A DNA stretch of 64,000 bases from Acidobacteriota bacterium (GCA_040755995.1 JBFMAF010000023.1:256001-320000); one strand, 5' to 3'. Positions 9,484-19,709 are shown, counted from the stretch's first letter. Notes: generated by a model not told the origin, from the letters alone. Made by a program: numbers and translations.

Positions 9484-10857
9484 ATGAGAAGACTCTTCCT
9501 TGTCGCGACGACTGTGTGCCTGACGTGGAGCGCCGATACCGCGCCCGCCGCTGAGTTCAATATCGCCGACGGTGACGTCGCGGGGCTGGTTGCGGCCGTC
9601 AACACCGCTAACGCCAACAATCAGCCCGACGTAATTCACCTCGCCGCAGGGGGAACTTACACCCTGACGGTGATCCAAGAGACCAACGATGGTGGAAACG
9701 GCTTGCCGGTGATCATGCTCGACACGAGCACCGCGAACACGCTTACCATCGAGGGGCACGGTGCCACGCTGATGAGGAGCGCGGACGGAGGCACACCGAG
9801 CTTTCGGATTCTGAAGCAAGGAAACGGAGCGCTCATCCTGAACGACCTGACGGTGGCCGGCGGGTTCACACCCCACGAGGGTGGGATCTTCCACCTCTCG
9901 AGCGGTATCACATCGATACAGCGATGCACGCTCACCGGCAGCCACTCCGATAATAAGGGTGAGGCCCTCTACATAGGAAACAGCTGCAACGTTACCCTCG
10001 TGAACTGCACCCTCTCCGGGAACTCAAGTGCGAAGACATCGGACCTGAGCAATTCGGCAGGCGGCGGGTGCATCAATACACGGGGTACCCTTACGCTGCG
10101 CCACTGCACGGTGGCGAACAACCTGCACACCGGCCCGGCCGCATCGGGAGGCGGAATCAGGGTGTGGGGAACCCTGACGCTCGTCAACACAGTCCTCGGC
10201 AACAACTCCGACCAGTCCGGCCCGAATGATCTTGAGCGCGTGAGCGGCACGGTGAACTCGACCAACAGCCTGATCGAGGCCCTTGCTGCAGGGACGATCA
10301 ACGGCACTGACGTCGGGAATATCACAGGCCTCGACACCGTCCTCGGGCCTCTGGCCGACAACGGAGGACTCACGATGACGCATGCCCTCCTCCCGTCCAG
10401 TCCGGCGATCGACGCCGCGAGCGCCGCCGACTGCGAGAGTCAAGATCAACGAGGCCTCCCCCGGCCCTCCGGCCTCGGCTGCGACATCGGCGCATATGAG
10501 CTCATACAAGAACCCGATCTCGTTCCCGATCTGCAGTCCACCGTGAAGCTCGATAGCAACCTGAAGTCATTCGTGGCCCGCTTCAAGGTGTTGAACGACG
10601 GTTTCACGCCGGCTGGACCGTTCACGGTCGGCTTGTACCTTTCCGCGGATGCCACCTTCGGCCGGCGCGACAGGCTGCTCAAGAAGCTCAGCGTCGGCGC
10701 TATCGGGCCGTCAGGTGCGAGCAAGTTGCTGCGGGTGAAATACCAGGGATCTCGATCGATCCTGGGCAAGTACGTGATCATAGCCGTCGACACGACGAAC
10801 GCGGTCGACGAGGGGAGCGAAGACAACAACGTCCTGGTGAAACTCCTGTCAAAATAG
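9484..10857 (+). CDS. Secreted beta-helix/choice-of-anchor Q-type protein with C-terminal CARDB domain
   Basis: AGGAGG RBS; signal peptide; LGPLADNGG.T.THALLPSSPAIDA..DQRG.PRP..CDIGAYE motif; C-terminal VD..NAVDE..EDNN. Confidence 0.85.
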   Translation: MRRLFLVATTVCLTWSADTAPAAEFNIADGDVAGLVAAVNTANANNQPDVIHLAAGGTYTLTVIQETNDGGNGLPVIMLDTSTANTLTIEGHGATLMRSADGGTPSFRILKQGNGALILNDLTVAGGFTPHEGGIFHLSSGITSIQRCTLTGSHSDNKGEALYIGNSCNVTLVNCTLSGNSSAKTSDLSNSAGGGCINTRGTLTLRHCTVANNLHTGPAASGGGIRVWGTLTLVNTVLGNNSDQSGPNDLERVSGTVNSTNSLIEALAAGTINGTDVGNITGLDTVLGPLADNGGLTMTHALLPSSPAIDAASAADCESQDQRGLPRPSGLGCDIGAYELIQEPDLVPDLQSTVKLDSNLKSFVARFKVLNDGFTPAGPFTVGLYLSADATFGRRDRLLKKLSVGAIGPSGASKLLRVKYQGSRSILGKYVIIAVDTTNAVDEGSEDNNVLVKLLSK

Positions 10858-10997
10858 CGAGGCGCGGCCTCAGACCGATGAAGCATGCGAGGCCGCTCCG
10901 GCCGCGCCTCGCGGAGAGAGTGGAGAGTGGGCAGCTCCCGTGTGACGATGACGCACCGCTCCGAAAATTTGACTCAATCGCGATATGTTCTTCGCCT
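10855..10997 (+). repeat. ~140-bp stop-codon-anchored intergenic repeat, copy A
   Basis: TAGCGAGGCGCGGCC...GGCCGCGCCTCGC..GAGAGTGG..CGTGTGAC..GACTCAATCGC..ATGTT; homologs at 25526-25660, 33380-33459 and 51430-51564. Confidence 0.85.
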
Positions 10998-11034
10998 CAG
11001 GCCATTCTAGGGCGGGTTCTGCACCCCTGACCGA

Positions 11035-12192
11035 TCACAAGCCTATTTCCCGCAGTCCTTGTTGCCACGGCAGGACCCAGATACCGGCGATCTTCCTTGC
11101 TGTGGAATCCCGGGACAGGCAGAATGACTCGCTGTGAGGAATGTCTTTCGCCAGGGATGCCAGGGCGCGAATGTCATCGTCGACGACGTGTTCGGTCGAC
11201 TTGATCTCCACAAGTGCCCGCGGCATGCCGGGACGTTCCACAATCAAGTCGATCTCCACCCCATCTTTGGTCCTGAGGTACGAAAGGCGGTAGTCCCTCT
11301 TCTTGTATGACTGCAGCCTGACCACTTCATTGACTACGAAATGCTCGAATGCGACTCCGTACCCGTATGTGCGTGGCACGAGCGGGACGTTGAGAATGTT
11401 GCTCAGAGATCGCAGCACTCCCGTGTCAAAAAAGTAGAACTTCGGGTTTCCCTTCTGTCGCTTGCGTATCGACTCATGGAAGGGCTGCAGCATGAAGCCG
11501 ATAAGCGTGTCTTCGAGGATCTCGAAGTACGACTGAACCGTCGGTGTGCTGGCGCCGATCTCCCTTGCTATCTTTGAGAAGTTGAGGATCTGGCCGCTCA
11601 TTTGGGCGGCCACGACGAGGAAACGGCGAAAGGGAACCAGGCGGCGAACAATCTGTTCTTGCAGGATTTCTTCCTGAAGATAGGTGTGAGCGTAGGCTCT
11701 GAGAAAATCCTGCTTTTCCTCGGATGTCTCCAGCGAGAACAGGTGGGGAAGCGTTCCCCACTCGAGAGTGGACTGCAGCGAAAAACTGTCCCCGATTTCC
11801 TGAGCTGTCAGCGGAAACAGATGATTGACAAAGGCTCTTCCGGCGAGAAGATTGGCGCCGCCGTGTTTCAGTTTTCGTGCGCTGGAACCCGACAGCACAA
11901 AGCGGAAGCGAGCCGATTCTATTTGCTGGTGCACCAGATCAAGGAGTTTGGGGACTCTCTGAACTTCATCTATGACGACCCAATCGATTTCTCTGCCGAG
12001 CGCTCCCAACTGTTCCGTCAGTGTTTGGGGTCTCAGGCTGTATGTTTCCGTCAAATCCGGATTCAGAAGATCAATGAAGAAAGTCCGTGTGGGGCTCAAC
12101 CGGTGTTTCAAGAGGTGAGTCTTTCCTGTCCCTCTTGCACCAAAGAGAAAGAAGCTGTTCTTCTTCGGCAGGCGAATCAGTCTATCAAACAT
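11035..12192 (-). CDS. AAA_14-family ATPase with C-terminal DUF4143-type domain
   Basis: Walker A GARGTGKT, Walker B VVIDEVQ, SGSS, LAGRA, KFYFFDTG, EIDLIVE..VEIK. Confidence 0.9.
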   Translation of the reverse strand: MFDRLIRLPKKNSFFLFGARGTGKTHLLKHRLSPTRTFFIDLLNPDLTETYSLRPQTLTEQLGALGREIDWVVIDEVQRVPKLLDLVHQQIESARFRFVLSGSSARKLKHGGANLLAGRAFVNHLFPLTAQEIGDSFSLQSTLEWGTLPHLFSLETSEEKQDFLRAYAHTYLQEEILQEQIVRRLVPFRRFLVVAAQMSGQILNFSKIAREIGASTPTVQSYFEILEDTLIGFMLQPFHESIRKRQKGNPKFYFFDTGVLRSLSNILNVPLVPRTYGYGVAFEHFVVNEVVRLQSYKKRDYRLSYLRTKDGVEIDLIVERPGMPRALVEIKSTEHVVDDDIRALASLAKDIPHSESFCLSRDSTARKIAGIWVLPWQQGLREIGL

Positions 12193-12638
12193 ATTTTAGA
12201 ATCGTCCGACAATTATGAAGTATACTTGTTGCTCGAATGCGGTTCAACAGGGCCCCTGTGTGAAGTTCCGGAGGGAGCAATGATCGGTTCCTGGCGGTGA
12301 GCTCATTGCGGCTCCTCGATCATGCAGGCCCCCTGCGCCGGCGACTCGCGCGATAGAACCCGGTTAGCTGGCAGCCGGAATTCGGCACTGAATACCAGAC
12401 TCAATCTGCGTCATCTCCTGCCTCTCCACTACCCCTGTTACCGATAGGCAGACTCATCACAAGAATGATGTGAATACACGATTGTTCCCTACCCTTGAGA
12501 GCTCCGATAATCAGTCGGGCGGTTTGATACACGGGGAAAGAGGCTGGAATGACGGCCCCGAATCACCGGGATTCCCGCGTTCATAGACGGGGGTTGTAAG
12601 GCGTGTGGCACAAGCCATGACGACTGGAGGAAAAGAAC

Positions 12639-12830
12639 ATGGGAATCAAGACCAGCGGCAAACTGCTCGTGTCGTTCGTTTCGTTCCTACTGGTGCATCT
12701 GCCAACCTTGGCGTCTGCCCTACCATCTTTCTCCATCAATGACGTAACGGTGGAAGAAGGGAACCTCGGCTATAGCAACGCGGAGCTTCGAGACGGCGAG
12801 GCAGTGGGCACCATCGTAAATGATGACTGA
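12639..12830 (+). pseudogene. Internally deleted Calx-beta protein (mini-paralog of 3327-4496)
   Basis: Shares signal peptide GKL(L/I)VSFVSFLLVHLP and INDVTV.EGN, fused directly to a domain end AVGTIVNDD. Confidence 0.8.
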
Positions 12831-12925
12831 TGATCCAGTAATACCCGTCCTCTCCATGGGTGACGTGTCTTGCAGTGACTTGATGATGCCGAGGGGTGTC
12901 GCACTCACTCTCGTTGTCCATGCTG

Positions 12926-12949
12926 GAGTTACTACCTCAGTAGTAACTC
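12926..12949. promoter_or_regulatory. Perfect 10-4-10 palindrome upstream of a secreted protein gene
   Basis: GAGTTACTAC-CTCA-GTAGTAACTC. Confidence 0.55.
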
Positions 12950-13012
12950 GGACACGCGGTACGAAGAGCAGCTTTCTGCGTCCAAGACTAATCGAGTAGA
13001 GGAGAAGTGAAA

Positions 13013-14641
13013 ATGGAACATCGAACGGTGATCGTAGCGATTCTGTGCTCGCTTCTGTGCATGATCCCGGCGGCGGCCGGCAATCTGTGGGTGCGTACAT
13101 TCGATACGAGCGGGTCCGCGGATGAGGCGCGGTCGGTCGTGGAGACTGCGGATGGAGGTCTGTGCTTCCTCGGGAAGACGAGCCCTGAGAGTGCGTTACG
13201 CATCGTGAAGATAAGCTCGACCGGCGTACTTGAATGGCAGCGATCCTATGGGTACGGGTCGGCCTTCTTCACGGTGCGCAGGCTTATCCAGACGAGTGAC
13301 GGCGGGTTTGCCGTGGCTGGCGATGTCATGGGGGACAAGGGGCTCCTCCTGCGATTCAGCGGCTCGGGATCCCTGCTCTGGCAGCGCATGTATGGCGGCA
13401 CGTCGTCCGGCTTCTATGATGTGGAGGAGACGGATGACGGAGGCTTCATCCTGGCAGGCAGCACCGGCGACTACGACGTGGGGAGCGGCGACACCTGGGT
13501 GGTCAAGACGGACTCGTCAGGCGAGGTCGTGTGGGCGAAGGCGTATGGCGGCACCGGTGCCGAGGAACATGGCAGCGCGGAGCAGACGAGCGACGGCGGC
13601 TACATAGTCTCCGCACAGAGCGATTCGTTTGGGAGCGCAACCGGGATACTGTGGCTGCTCAAGCTCGACTCTACAGGCACGCCGGTATGGCAGAGGCAGT
13701 ATGACGGCGGAGATTGGATGGACGGATTCGCTCGACCGACAGCAGAGGGTGGATACATCGTCTCTGGCTGGATTGGCGGCGCAGCCAGAGATGCGATTCT
13801 CATGAAGCTCACATCGAGCGGGAGCGTGTCATGGGCCAGGACCTACGGCGGCGGCGATGACGATGTTGCAAGCCCGCACCCCGCCACCTGCAGCGACGGC
13901 GGCTTCCTCGTCGCAGGAACCACGCGATCCTTCGGCGCAGGCGGCCGGGACGCCTGGATGTTCAAGACCGATTCATCCGGTTCGCTGATGTGGCAACGGA
14001 GCTATGGATCCAGCGGTGATGACGACGTCCGTGACGGCCCAATAGAGACCGGCAGCCACGGGGCGGCGCTGGCCGGTACGTACAGACCGGCATCGGTTTC
14101 TGATGCATTCCTGCTGCGCACGACTTCCAGCGGCGACGTCGACCCATCCTGCGGCTCGACGGTCCAGATCGGTGGCGCTACCGCCTCAACCTTCACACCG
14201 GCTGTTTCAGATACGACGGCGACCGTAACTCCGATTTCGCTCACGGCCATCCCGGCCGGGATGTCGGAAACGGTCCTGGCGATGACCACCGCCAACATAT
14301 GCACATCACCAGACCTGGCCGATCTCACGGGCTCCTTCACCAAGCTCAGGAGGAAGGGGTCGGCCATCAAGGTGACATTCAGCTGCCGCAACATTGGAAC
14401 GCTCGCCAGTGGCAGCTTCAATCTGAAGATCTATCTCGCGGGGAGCCCGACGGTGGGCCGGAAGGCCAACCTGATTGCGACGAAATCAATCGGGCCGCTC
14501 GCCCCCGGTGCGACCGCTGCGATCAAGGCGAACGGTCAGAAGACGAGCAAAACGAAATACGTCGTGGCAGTCATCGACACAACGAGCGCTGTTGTCGAAT
14601 CCGATGAAGGGAACAACAAGATCGCCGCGTCGGTGCCGTAG
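13013..14641 (+). CDS. Secreted repeat (beta-propeller-like) protein with C-terminal CARDB domain
   Basis: Signal peptide; repeated W.R/K.YGG...T.DGG(F/Y)..AG...K.DSSG; C-terminal VIDTTSAVVESDEGNN. Confidence 0.85.
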   Translation: MEHRTVIVAILCSLLCMIPAAAGNLWVRTFDTSGSADEARSVVETADGGLCFLGKTSPESALRIVKISSTGVLEWQRSYGYGSAFFTVRRLIQTSDGGFAVAGDVMGDKGLLLRFSGSGSLLWQRMYGGTSSGFYDVEETDDGGFILAGSTGDYDVGSGDTWVVKTDSSGEVVWAKAYGGTGAEEHGSAEQTSDGGYIVSAQSDSFGSATGILWLLKLDSTGTPVWQRQYDGGDWMDGFARPTAEGGYIVSGWIGGAARDAILMKLTSSGSVSWARTYGGGDDDVASPHPATCSDGGFLVAGTTRSFGAGGRDAWMFKTDSSGSLMWQRSYGSSGDDDVRDGPIETGSHGAALAGTYRPASVSDAFLLRTTSSGDVDPSCGSTVQIGGATASTFTPAVSDTTATVTPISLTAIPAGMSETVLAMTTANICTSPDLADLTGSFTKLRRKGSAIKVTFSCRNIGTLASGSFNLKIYLAGSPTVGRKANLIATKSIGPLAPGATAAIKANGQKTSKTKYVVAVIDTTSAVVESDEGNNKIAASVP

Positions 14642-14677
14642 TCACGCATGTTCCAAACCTCACTGAAAGGGTCAACA

Positions 14678-16045
14678 ATGTGTCGAAGAGGAGCAGTTCG
14701 ATATCTCGTGGTCGTGTGCTCAGTTGTGCTTGCTTCGCCGACGGCGTCGGGTTCGGGAGCGGAGGAGCCCCAGGCGCTGATCTCTGCGAGTCCCGATGAG
14801 AACGGTACAGATCGCTTCAGAATCATGGCCGAGGTCAAGCTGCATCTGAGGGACTCCGCGGCGGTCGAGGTCAAGGACGCTTTTCCGTTTCCACCGGATT
14901 TCATACCGCCCGGCCAGGACGGCGTGTATCTGCGCACGCCGGATGCCGGGACGTCGCTCGATATTTCCAATCTGGCGCTGATCGGGGAGGCCGATCTGAC
15001 GCCGGATATCAAAGGGCGCGTGCGCGTTCACATCCTCGACCTGTACAACCGCAACCCGACCTCCTCGGACGACCGCATCGCGTTGCGGGAGGCATGGGTA
15101 CAGTTCGGTCACCGCTATGATCCGCTCAAGGCGACGCCGCGTTCATCTTTTTATGCGCTCCTGGGCAAGGCGCCGCGTTTCAACCGCCAGACCACCCGTC
15201 GTCTGGAGAGCTACGGCCTCTGGGGGACGGCGGTGGGGCGGTTGGAGCAGGTGCAGTTGCAGCTCGGGGGATCGACGGGGAAAGCGGTCTACTGGCGTGT
15301 CCATCTGGCCAACGGGAATCCGGTGTTCTTCCGTGACCCGAATGCACTGGCGGGCGACAACGGGACGCCGGAGCGAGTCCCGGGCGCGGTTGATCCGATC
15401 TACCAGTCCGGGTTTCCGATTCTCTACGACACGAAGGCCGGCGACGTCAGTGGTCGATTCGAAGGTGGGGCGGGCTTGGGTGTCCGCGTCCTCGGCGCGG
15501 ACGAGAAGACGGGTATCGACGTATTGGGCTGGTACTTCTCGAGGCGCCTCGCTGACCGCGCGCGTATTCAGGGTACGTACTACGGTGGGGAGATCGAGCT
15601 GCTCCAGGGGGCAGGGATTTCGCTCCCGATTACGAGTCGCGACAAGAAAGAGCGGGGCCTGAACGCGGAAGGGAAATGGCGGGGGATGCATGTCTTTGCA
15701 CAGTATATCCGACAGGACATCGCCGGGCTGGTGCGAGACGGTGTAGAGATCGAGACCGCGTACCGGCTCCCGATCAACGGGCTCTTCGCCCTCGGTGACT
15801 CACCTCTATTCAACTGGATTCAGCCGGCTTTTCGCTATTCGACTATCGACAACAAGTTCGAGGCCCCTGTGCAGTTTGTCGCGCCATCGGTCGCGTGGGA
15901 CTGGGACAAGTATGACATCGGCGTGCGCGTAGGTGTCTATCCCGGAATCGATGTGACGGCTGAATACGCCCGTAACGAAATGCACACCAGAGCCGGACCG
16001 AAGCATCCGGACGAGTTGCTGGTGACACTCCGCGCGGCCTTCTGA
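14678..16045 (+). CDS. Outer-membrane beta-barrel (porin-like) protein
   Basis: Signal peptide, alternating hydrophobic strands, REAWVQFG, C-terminal LLVTLRAAF. Confidence 0.7.
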   Translation: MCRRGAVRYLVVVCSVVLASPTASGSGAEEPQALISASPDENGTDRFRIMAEVKLHLRDSAAVEVKDAFPFPPDFIPPGQDGVYLRTPDAGTSLDISNLALIGEADLTPDIKGRVRVHILDLYNRNPTSSDDRIALREAWVQFGHRYDPLKATPRSSFYALLGKAPRFNRQTTRRLESYGLWGTAVGRLEQVQLQLGGSTGKAVYWRVHLANGNPVFFRDPNALAGDNGTPERVPGAVDPIYQSGFPILYDTKAGDVSGRFEGGAGLGVRVLGADEKTGIDVLGWYFSRRLADRARIQGTYYGGEIELLQGAGISLPITSRDKKERGLNAEGKWRGMHVFAQYIRQDIAGLVRDGVEIETAYRLPINGLFALGDSPLFNWIQPAFRYSTIDNKFEAPVQFVAPSVAWDWDKYDIGVRVGVYPGIDVTAEYARNEMHTRAGPKHPDELLVTLRAAF

Positions 16046-16059
16046 ACGACCATGGCCGC

Positions 16060-16102
16060 CGTGAACCGTGAACCGCGAACCGAGAACCGTGAACCGCGAA
16101 CC
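16060..16102 (+). repeat. Heptamer tandem repeat (CGHGAAC)x6
   Basis: cgtgaac cgtgaac cgcgaac cgagaac cgtgaac cgcgaac just after the stop codon. Confidence 0.8.
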
Positions 16103-16221
16103 GGTTGGGGTCTGATGGCCATGCCGCGGCCCGTTCAGGCCGCGCTGCACCGTGGCCCCGAATCACCGGGATTCGCGCGTTTATGAGTGGACGGAAGGGG
16201 CGATTCCTCCCGGGGGTGAAG

Positions 16222-18369
16222 ATGGACACGAGATCGGCGGTGAACAGGTTGGTGCGCGTGGGGGTGCTGGCCGTCCCGTGCTCAGCGATGCTGCTTGGGG
16301 CCGAGCTCGGTTCGACGCTGACGGTCGGCGCCAGCTTCGCCGGCGGGGAGTTGATCAAGCAGGGGGGGCACATCGAGCTGAGTCTCAGCCGCCCCCTGGG
16401 ACCGACCGATGGCAGGCTCGCGGTGTTCCTGAACGAGATGGACCTTACGCCCCTCTTTACACTTGAAGGTACGAAGTTCACCATCCGTCCCACGTTTCCG
16501 AGTCTTCCCACAGGCGAGCACACCATGATCGTTTACCTTTTTGCGCCGGATGAATCATGGCGGGAAGTGGCGAGGTTCCCATTGAGGATCGAAGAGACAC
16601 CGTCTGAGCCGGTGGTCCTTGAGCCGGCAGTTCAGGCCGGGGGAACCACCAGCCAATGGTCGGCCACATGGGTGCCTTCCGTGACGCTGAACGTCGCGCA
16701 CCAATCCACACTCGAATACTACCCCGACACCAACCGCCCTGAACGCACTCGCTTCACTGACGTATCCCTCCAGGCCAGCGTGCAAGCAGGCCTGGCCCGA
16801 GGCCTGTTCAATACTCAGACCCAGTTCGACATCATGGGTGCCTCATTCGAGCAACAGGCACTCCGATACGGAGAAATGGGGGATAGCGCGCCGCAGGTTG
16901 ACCTGTCGAGCTACCTGGCCTCGGCCGAAATCAACAAGGTGAAAGTACAGTTGGGGCACACCTCCTTTGGCGGCCACCGCTATCTCATCAACAGCTTCAA
17001 CAGTCGTGGCATCACCCTGACCGTGCCGATTGCCGGGTGGGCGGACGTGTCCTTTTCAGGGATGAATGGCACCAGCATCGTAGGATGGGACAACTTCAGC
17101 GGGCTCAGCCGGCGCAAGCATCAGGTCTACGGCGGGACGGTCGGCCTCGAGCTCGTGCCAAAAAGGCCCGGCGGGGCGCGACTCGAGTTGAGCGCGCTCC
17201 ACGGATCGCTCCTGCCCGTGAGCAACTACAACCAGAGCAACCTCAACGATGCTGAGACCAGCCGAGGCTACGGAGCTCGGATCCTCGCCAGTGATACCGC
17301 GCAGCGTCTGCGCCTGGAAGCTGGCATCGCGCGAAGCCGTTTCACGAATCCCTCGGACCCTCTCCTGGACCAGGGAACAACGGTTGTGCCCGTACGGGCT
17401 GCGACAGGCTTGGCCCACTACCTCGACGTCAGTTATCAGATGTTGAGAGACCGTCCGGTGACCGAGCAGTGGATGTCCGGCTTGACTCTCGCCTTGCGCT
17501 ACAGCCGCGTCGATCCTCTCTATCGAAGCACAGCAGTTTTCGCGCAATCGGACCGGTTCGATACTCAGTACGAGCTTTCGGGAAACGTCGGCGACATCAC
17601 GGCGACGGGTAGTTACACGCGCGGGAACGACAATCTCGCTGGGGTCACATCAGTCCTGAAGACGCTCACCCGGCGCGCGAACGGGCAGTTCGCGGTTCCG
17701 CTCCCGGCGGTGTTCAGCGTCTCCGGTCTCCGGGGCCAGCTGTTTCCGCGAGTGGGCTACTCGTACGACCGTACCCACCAGTATGGTGCGAGCATGCCGA
17801 CCGGCGGTGACTTCGATCCCTCGAGCGTTCCCGATCAGGTGAGCACGAATCAGATCCTGACCGCCGATTGGCAGCTGGCCAACTGGCGGTTCGGCTATCG
17901 CCTGAACCAGTCCTTTCAGGACAACCGCCAGATCGGCCGGGCCGGGTCGGACTTGAAAAACCGGGTCAACAGTATGACCCTCGGAGTGACGCCTCACAAG
18001 AAATTGGATGTCAGCTTCGATCTGAGCTCCGAGCGCTCCCTCAACTACGAGACGGGTGCGCGCTATCAGATCTGGCGCAGCACCGCGGCTCTCAGTCTCC
18101 AGACCACACTCCGTTCAATGCTGACACTGACCATCGGCACGACCTTCGAAGGCGATGTGGCGAAGTCGAACGACAGCCGCAACATCGACCTCGACGCCCA
18201 ATGGGCCGCCGGGTTCAGCAAGCAGAAGGATCGCTTCCGCAAGTTCGACACGCAGTTCTTCATTCGCTACGCACAGCGATATGCCAGCTCGTACGACCAT
18301 GTTTTCATCACGGAAAACCTGACCAGACTGCAGACCGTGAATGCCGGGCTGAAGATTACTTTCTTCTGA
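16222..18369 (+). CDS. Large outer-membrane beta-barrel protein with N-terminal Ig-like region
   Basis: Signal-like N-terminus, many amphipathic strands, C-terminal NAGLKITFF. Confidence 0.7.
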   Translation: MDTRSAVNRLVRVGVLAVPCSAMLLGAELGSTLTVGASFAGGELIKQGGHIELSLSRPLGPTDGRLAVFLNEMDLTPLFTLEGTKFTIRPTFPSLPTGEHTMIVYLFAPDESWREVARFPLRIEETPSEPVVLEPAVQAGGTTSQWSATWVPSVTLNVAHQSTLEYYPDTNRPERTRFTDVSLQASVQAGLARGLFNTQTQFDIMGASFEQQALRYGEMGDSAPQVDLSSYLASAEINKVKVQLGHTSFGGHRYLINSFNSRGITLTVPIAGWADVSFSGMNGTSIVGWDNFSGLSRRKHQVYGGTVGLELVPKRPGGARLELSALHGSLLPVSNYNQSNLNDAETSRGYGARILASDTAQRLRLEAGIARSRFTNPSDPLLDQGTTVVPVRAATGLAHYLDVSYQMLRDRPVTEQWMSGLTLALRYSRVDPLYRSTAVFAQSDRFDTQYELSGNVGDITATGSYTRGNDNLAGVTSVLKTLTRRANGQFAVPLPAVFSVSGLRGQLFPRVGYSYDRTHQYGASMPTGGDFDPSSVPDQVSTNQILTADWQLANWRFGYRLNQSFQDNRQIGRAGSDLKNRVNSMTLGVTPHKKLDVSFDLSSERSLNYETGARYQIWRSTAALSLQTTLRSMLTLTIGTTFEGDVAKSNDSRNIDLDAQWAAGFSKQKDRFRKFDTQFFIRYAQRYASSYDHVFITENLTRLQTVNAGLKITFF

Positions 18370-18378
18370 GGTCGCACA

Positions 18379-19647
18379 ATGAAAAGAACATCCTTGAACC
18401 TTTCTGTTTTCACCGCCGCGATTCTTCTCTTCCTGGTCGAGCCGGCGGCGGCGCAGCCGATCAAAGTCAACCCGACCGCTCTGAACATCAATGCTCAGGG
18501 GGGCACAGTGGCCTTTCTCACCTTCGGCGGATTGACGGACGAGGTGCCCGCCGATGCTTGCTGGTGCCGCGAGTTGACCCCGGCGGCTCCGGACATCGGG
18601 CTCATGTGCGATCCGGCGACCATACTGGGGTGCCTCCCCACCCGCTATGACCAATCCGTGCACAGCGGCACAGGCGGGTTCACGGACATCATGTCCATCC
18701 CGCCCTCTGTGGCAAGGCGCGCCTATCAGGCGGCCGCCGAAGGCGAGACTTCCAGCTTCCATTACGTCAGGCGATTCGTCAGCCCGAGCGGCGGCCCCGA
18801 CCAATACGTGAGCGTGCTCCTCCGGCTGACGGGCGGCGGAGCTCGCACCCCCTTCTCCCTCACATCTGTGACACTCGGCTTCGATCCGCCGCAGACCGTG
18901 ACGGTCGTTCGTCCGGACGAGCTTGTGCCGCCGATCGAGGCCGAGATCGTCTACAGCGGCACAGGCCGGCTTATGGGACGGTGGGAGGTGGTGCTACCCG
19001 GCGATCAGCTGCCCGAAGATGACGACCTGCTCACGGGCGCGACACTCCCGGCCGAAGCTCGTACGCTCCAGCGCCGCTACACCCAGATCAGCACGTTCAA
19101 CGTCTTCCTGCCGCCGACAGGTAGATACACGTTGCCGGGGCCCGATCCATCGCGGCTGCCTACCCGCATTCCCGGCCAGTACTTCATGCTCCTGCGCATC
19201 GAATGCACTGACGACAAGGAAGATGATTCGGACCTAGCCGCGGTTGGCGCCGGGCCCGGGGTGATTCACGCCGGAGCGGTCGCGGCATTTCCGCTGCCGA
19301 CGCTGCGATACTTCGTCGGCGGCACGCCGGACGTCCAGCAGTCCGGTGGCGTCTCATTCGCACCGGCCGATCGGGCCGTTATTCTCACGCTGCCCGTCGT
19401 CTTCACGTGGCCAGTTCTTTCGACGGAGGCGGCGCTCTACCGCCTCGAGATCGAACGGCTTTCAGGTGAGCACATTCTCTCTGCCCTTGTGCCTCCAGAA
19501 CTGAGCGTCTACCGGGCTCCGCCATTGTTGGTGGAGAAGGCGGGGAGGGACGTCGTGCGCTGGAGAGTCCTCGGCCTCGACACCGGTGGCAAGTCGATTA
19601 TCGAATCCGCCTGGCGCACGCTGCGCATCGGTGTGGCCAGGAGTTAG
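18379..19647 (+). CDS. Secreted hypothetical protein
   Basis: GAGG RBS, signal peptide ending AAA-Q, 9 nt after the preceding gene. Confidence 0.75.
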   Translation: MKRTSLNLSVFTAAILLFLVEPAAAQPIKVNPTALNINAQGGTVAFLTFGGLTDEVPADACWCRELTPAAPDIGLMCDPATILGCLPTRYDQSVHSGTGGFTDIMSIPPSVARRAYQAAAEGETSSFHYVRRFVSPSGGPDQYVSVLLRLTGGGARTPFSLTSVTLGFDPPQTVTVVRPDELVPPIEAEIVYSGTGRLMGRWEVVLPGDQLPEDDDLLTGATLPAEARTLQRRYTQISTFNVFLPPTGRYTLPGPDPSRLPTRIPGQYFMLLRIECTDDKEDDSDLAAVGAGPGVIHAGAVAAFPLPTLRYFVGGTPDVQQSGGVSFAPADRAVILTLPVVFTWPVLSTEAALYRLEIERLSGEHILSALVPPELSVYRAPPLLVEKAGRDVVRWRVLGLDTGGKSIIESAWRTLRIGVARS

Positions 19648-19709
19648 GACGATGCGCCGGTCAGGAAGGGCCGTTTCGAAAGAGCGCACCCGTGTGGCTC
19701 GCGAGATCT

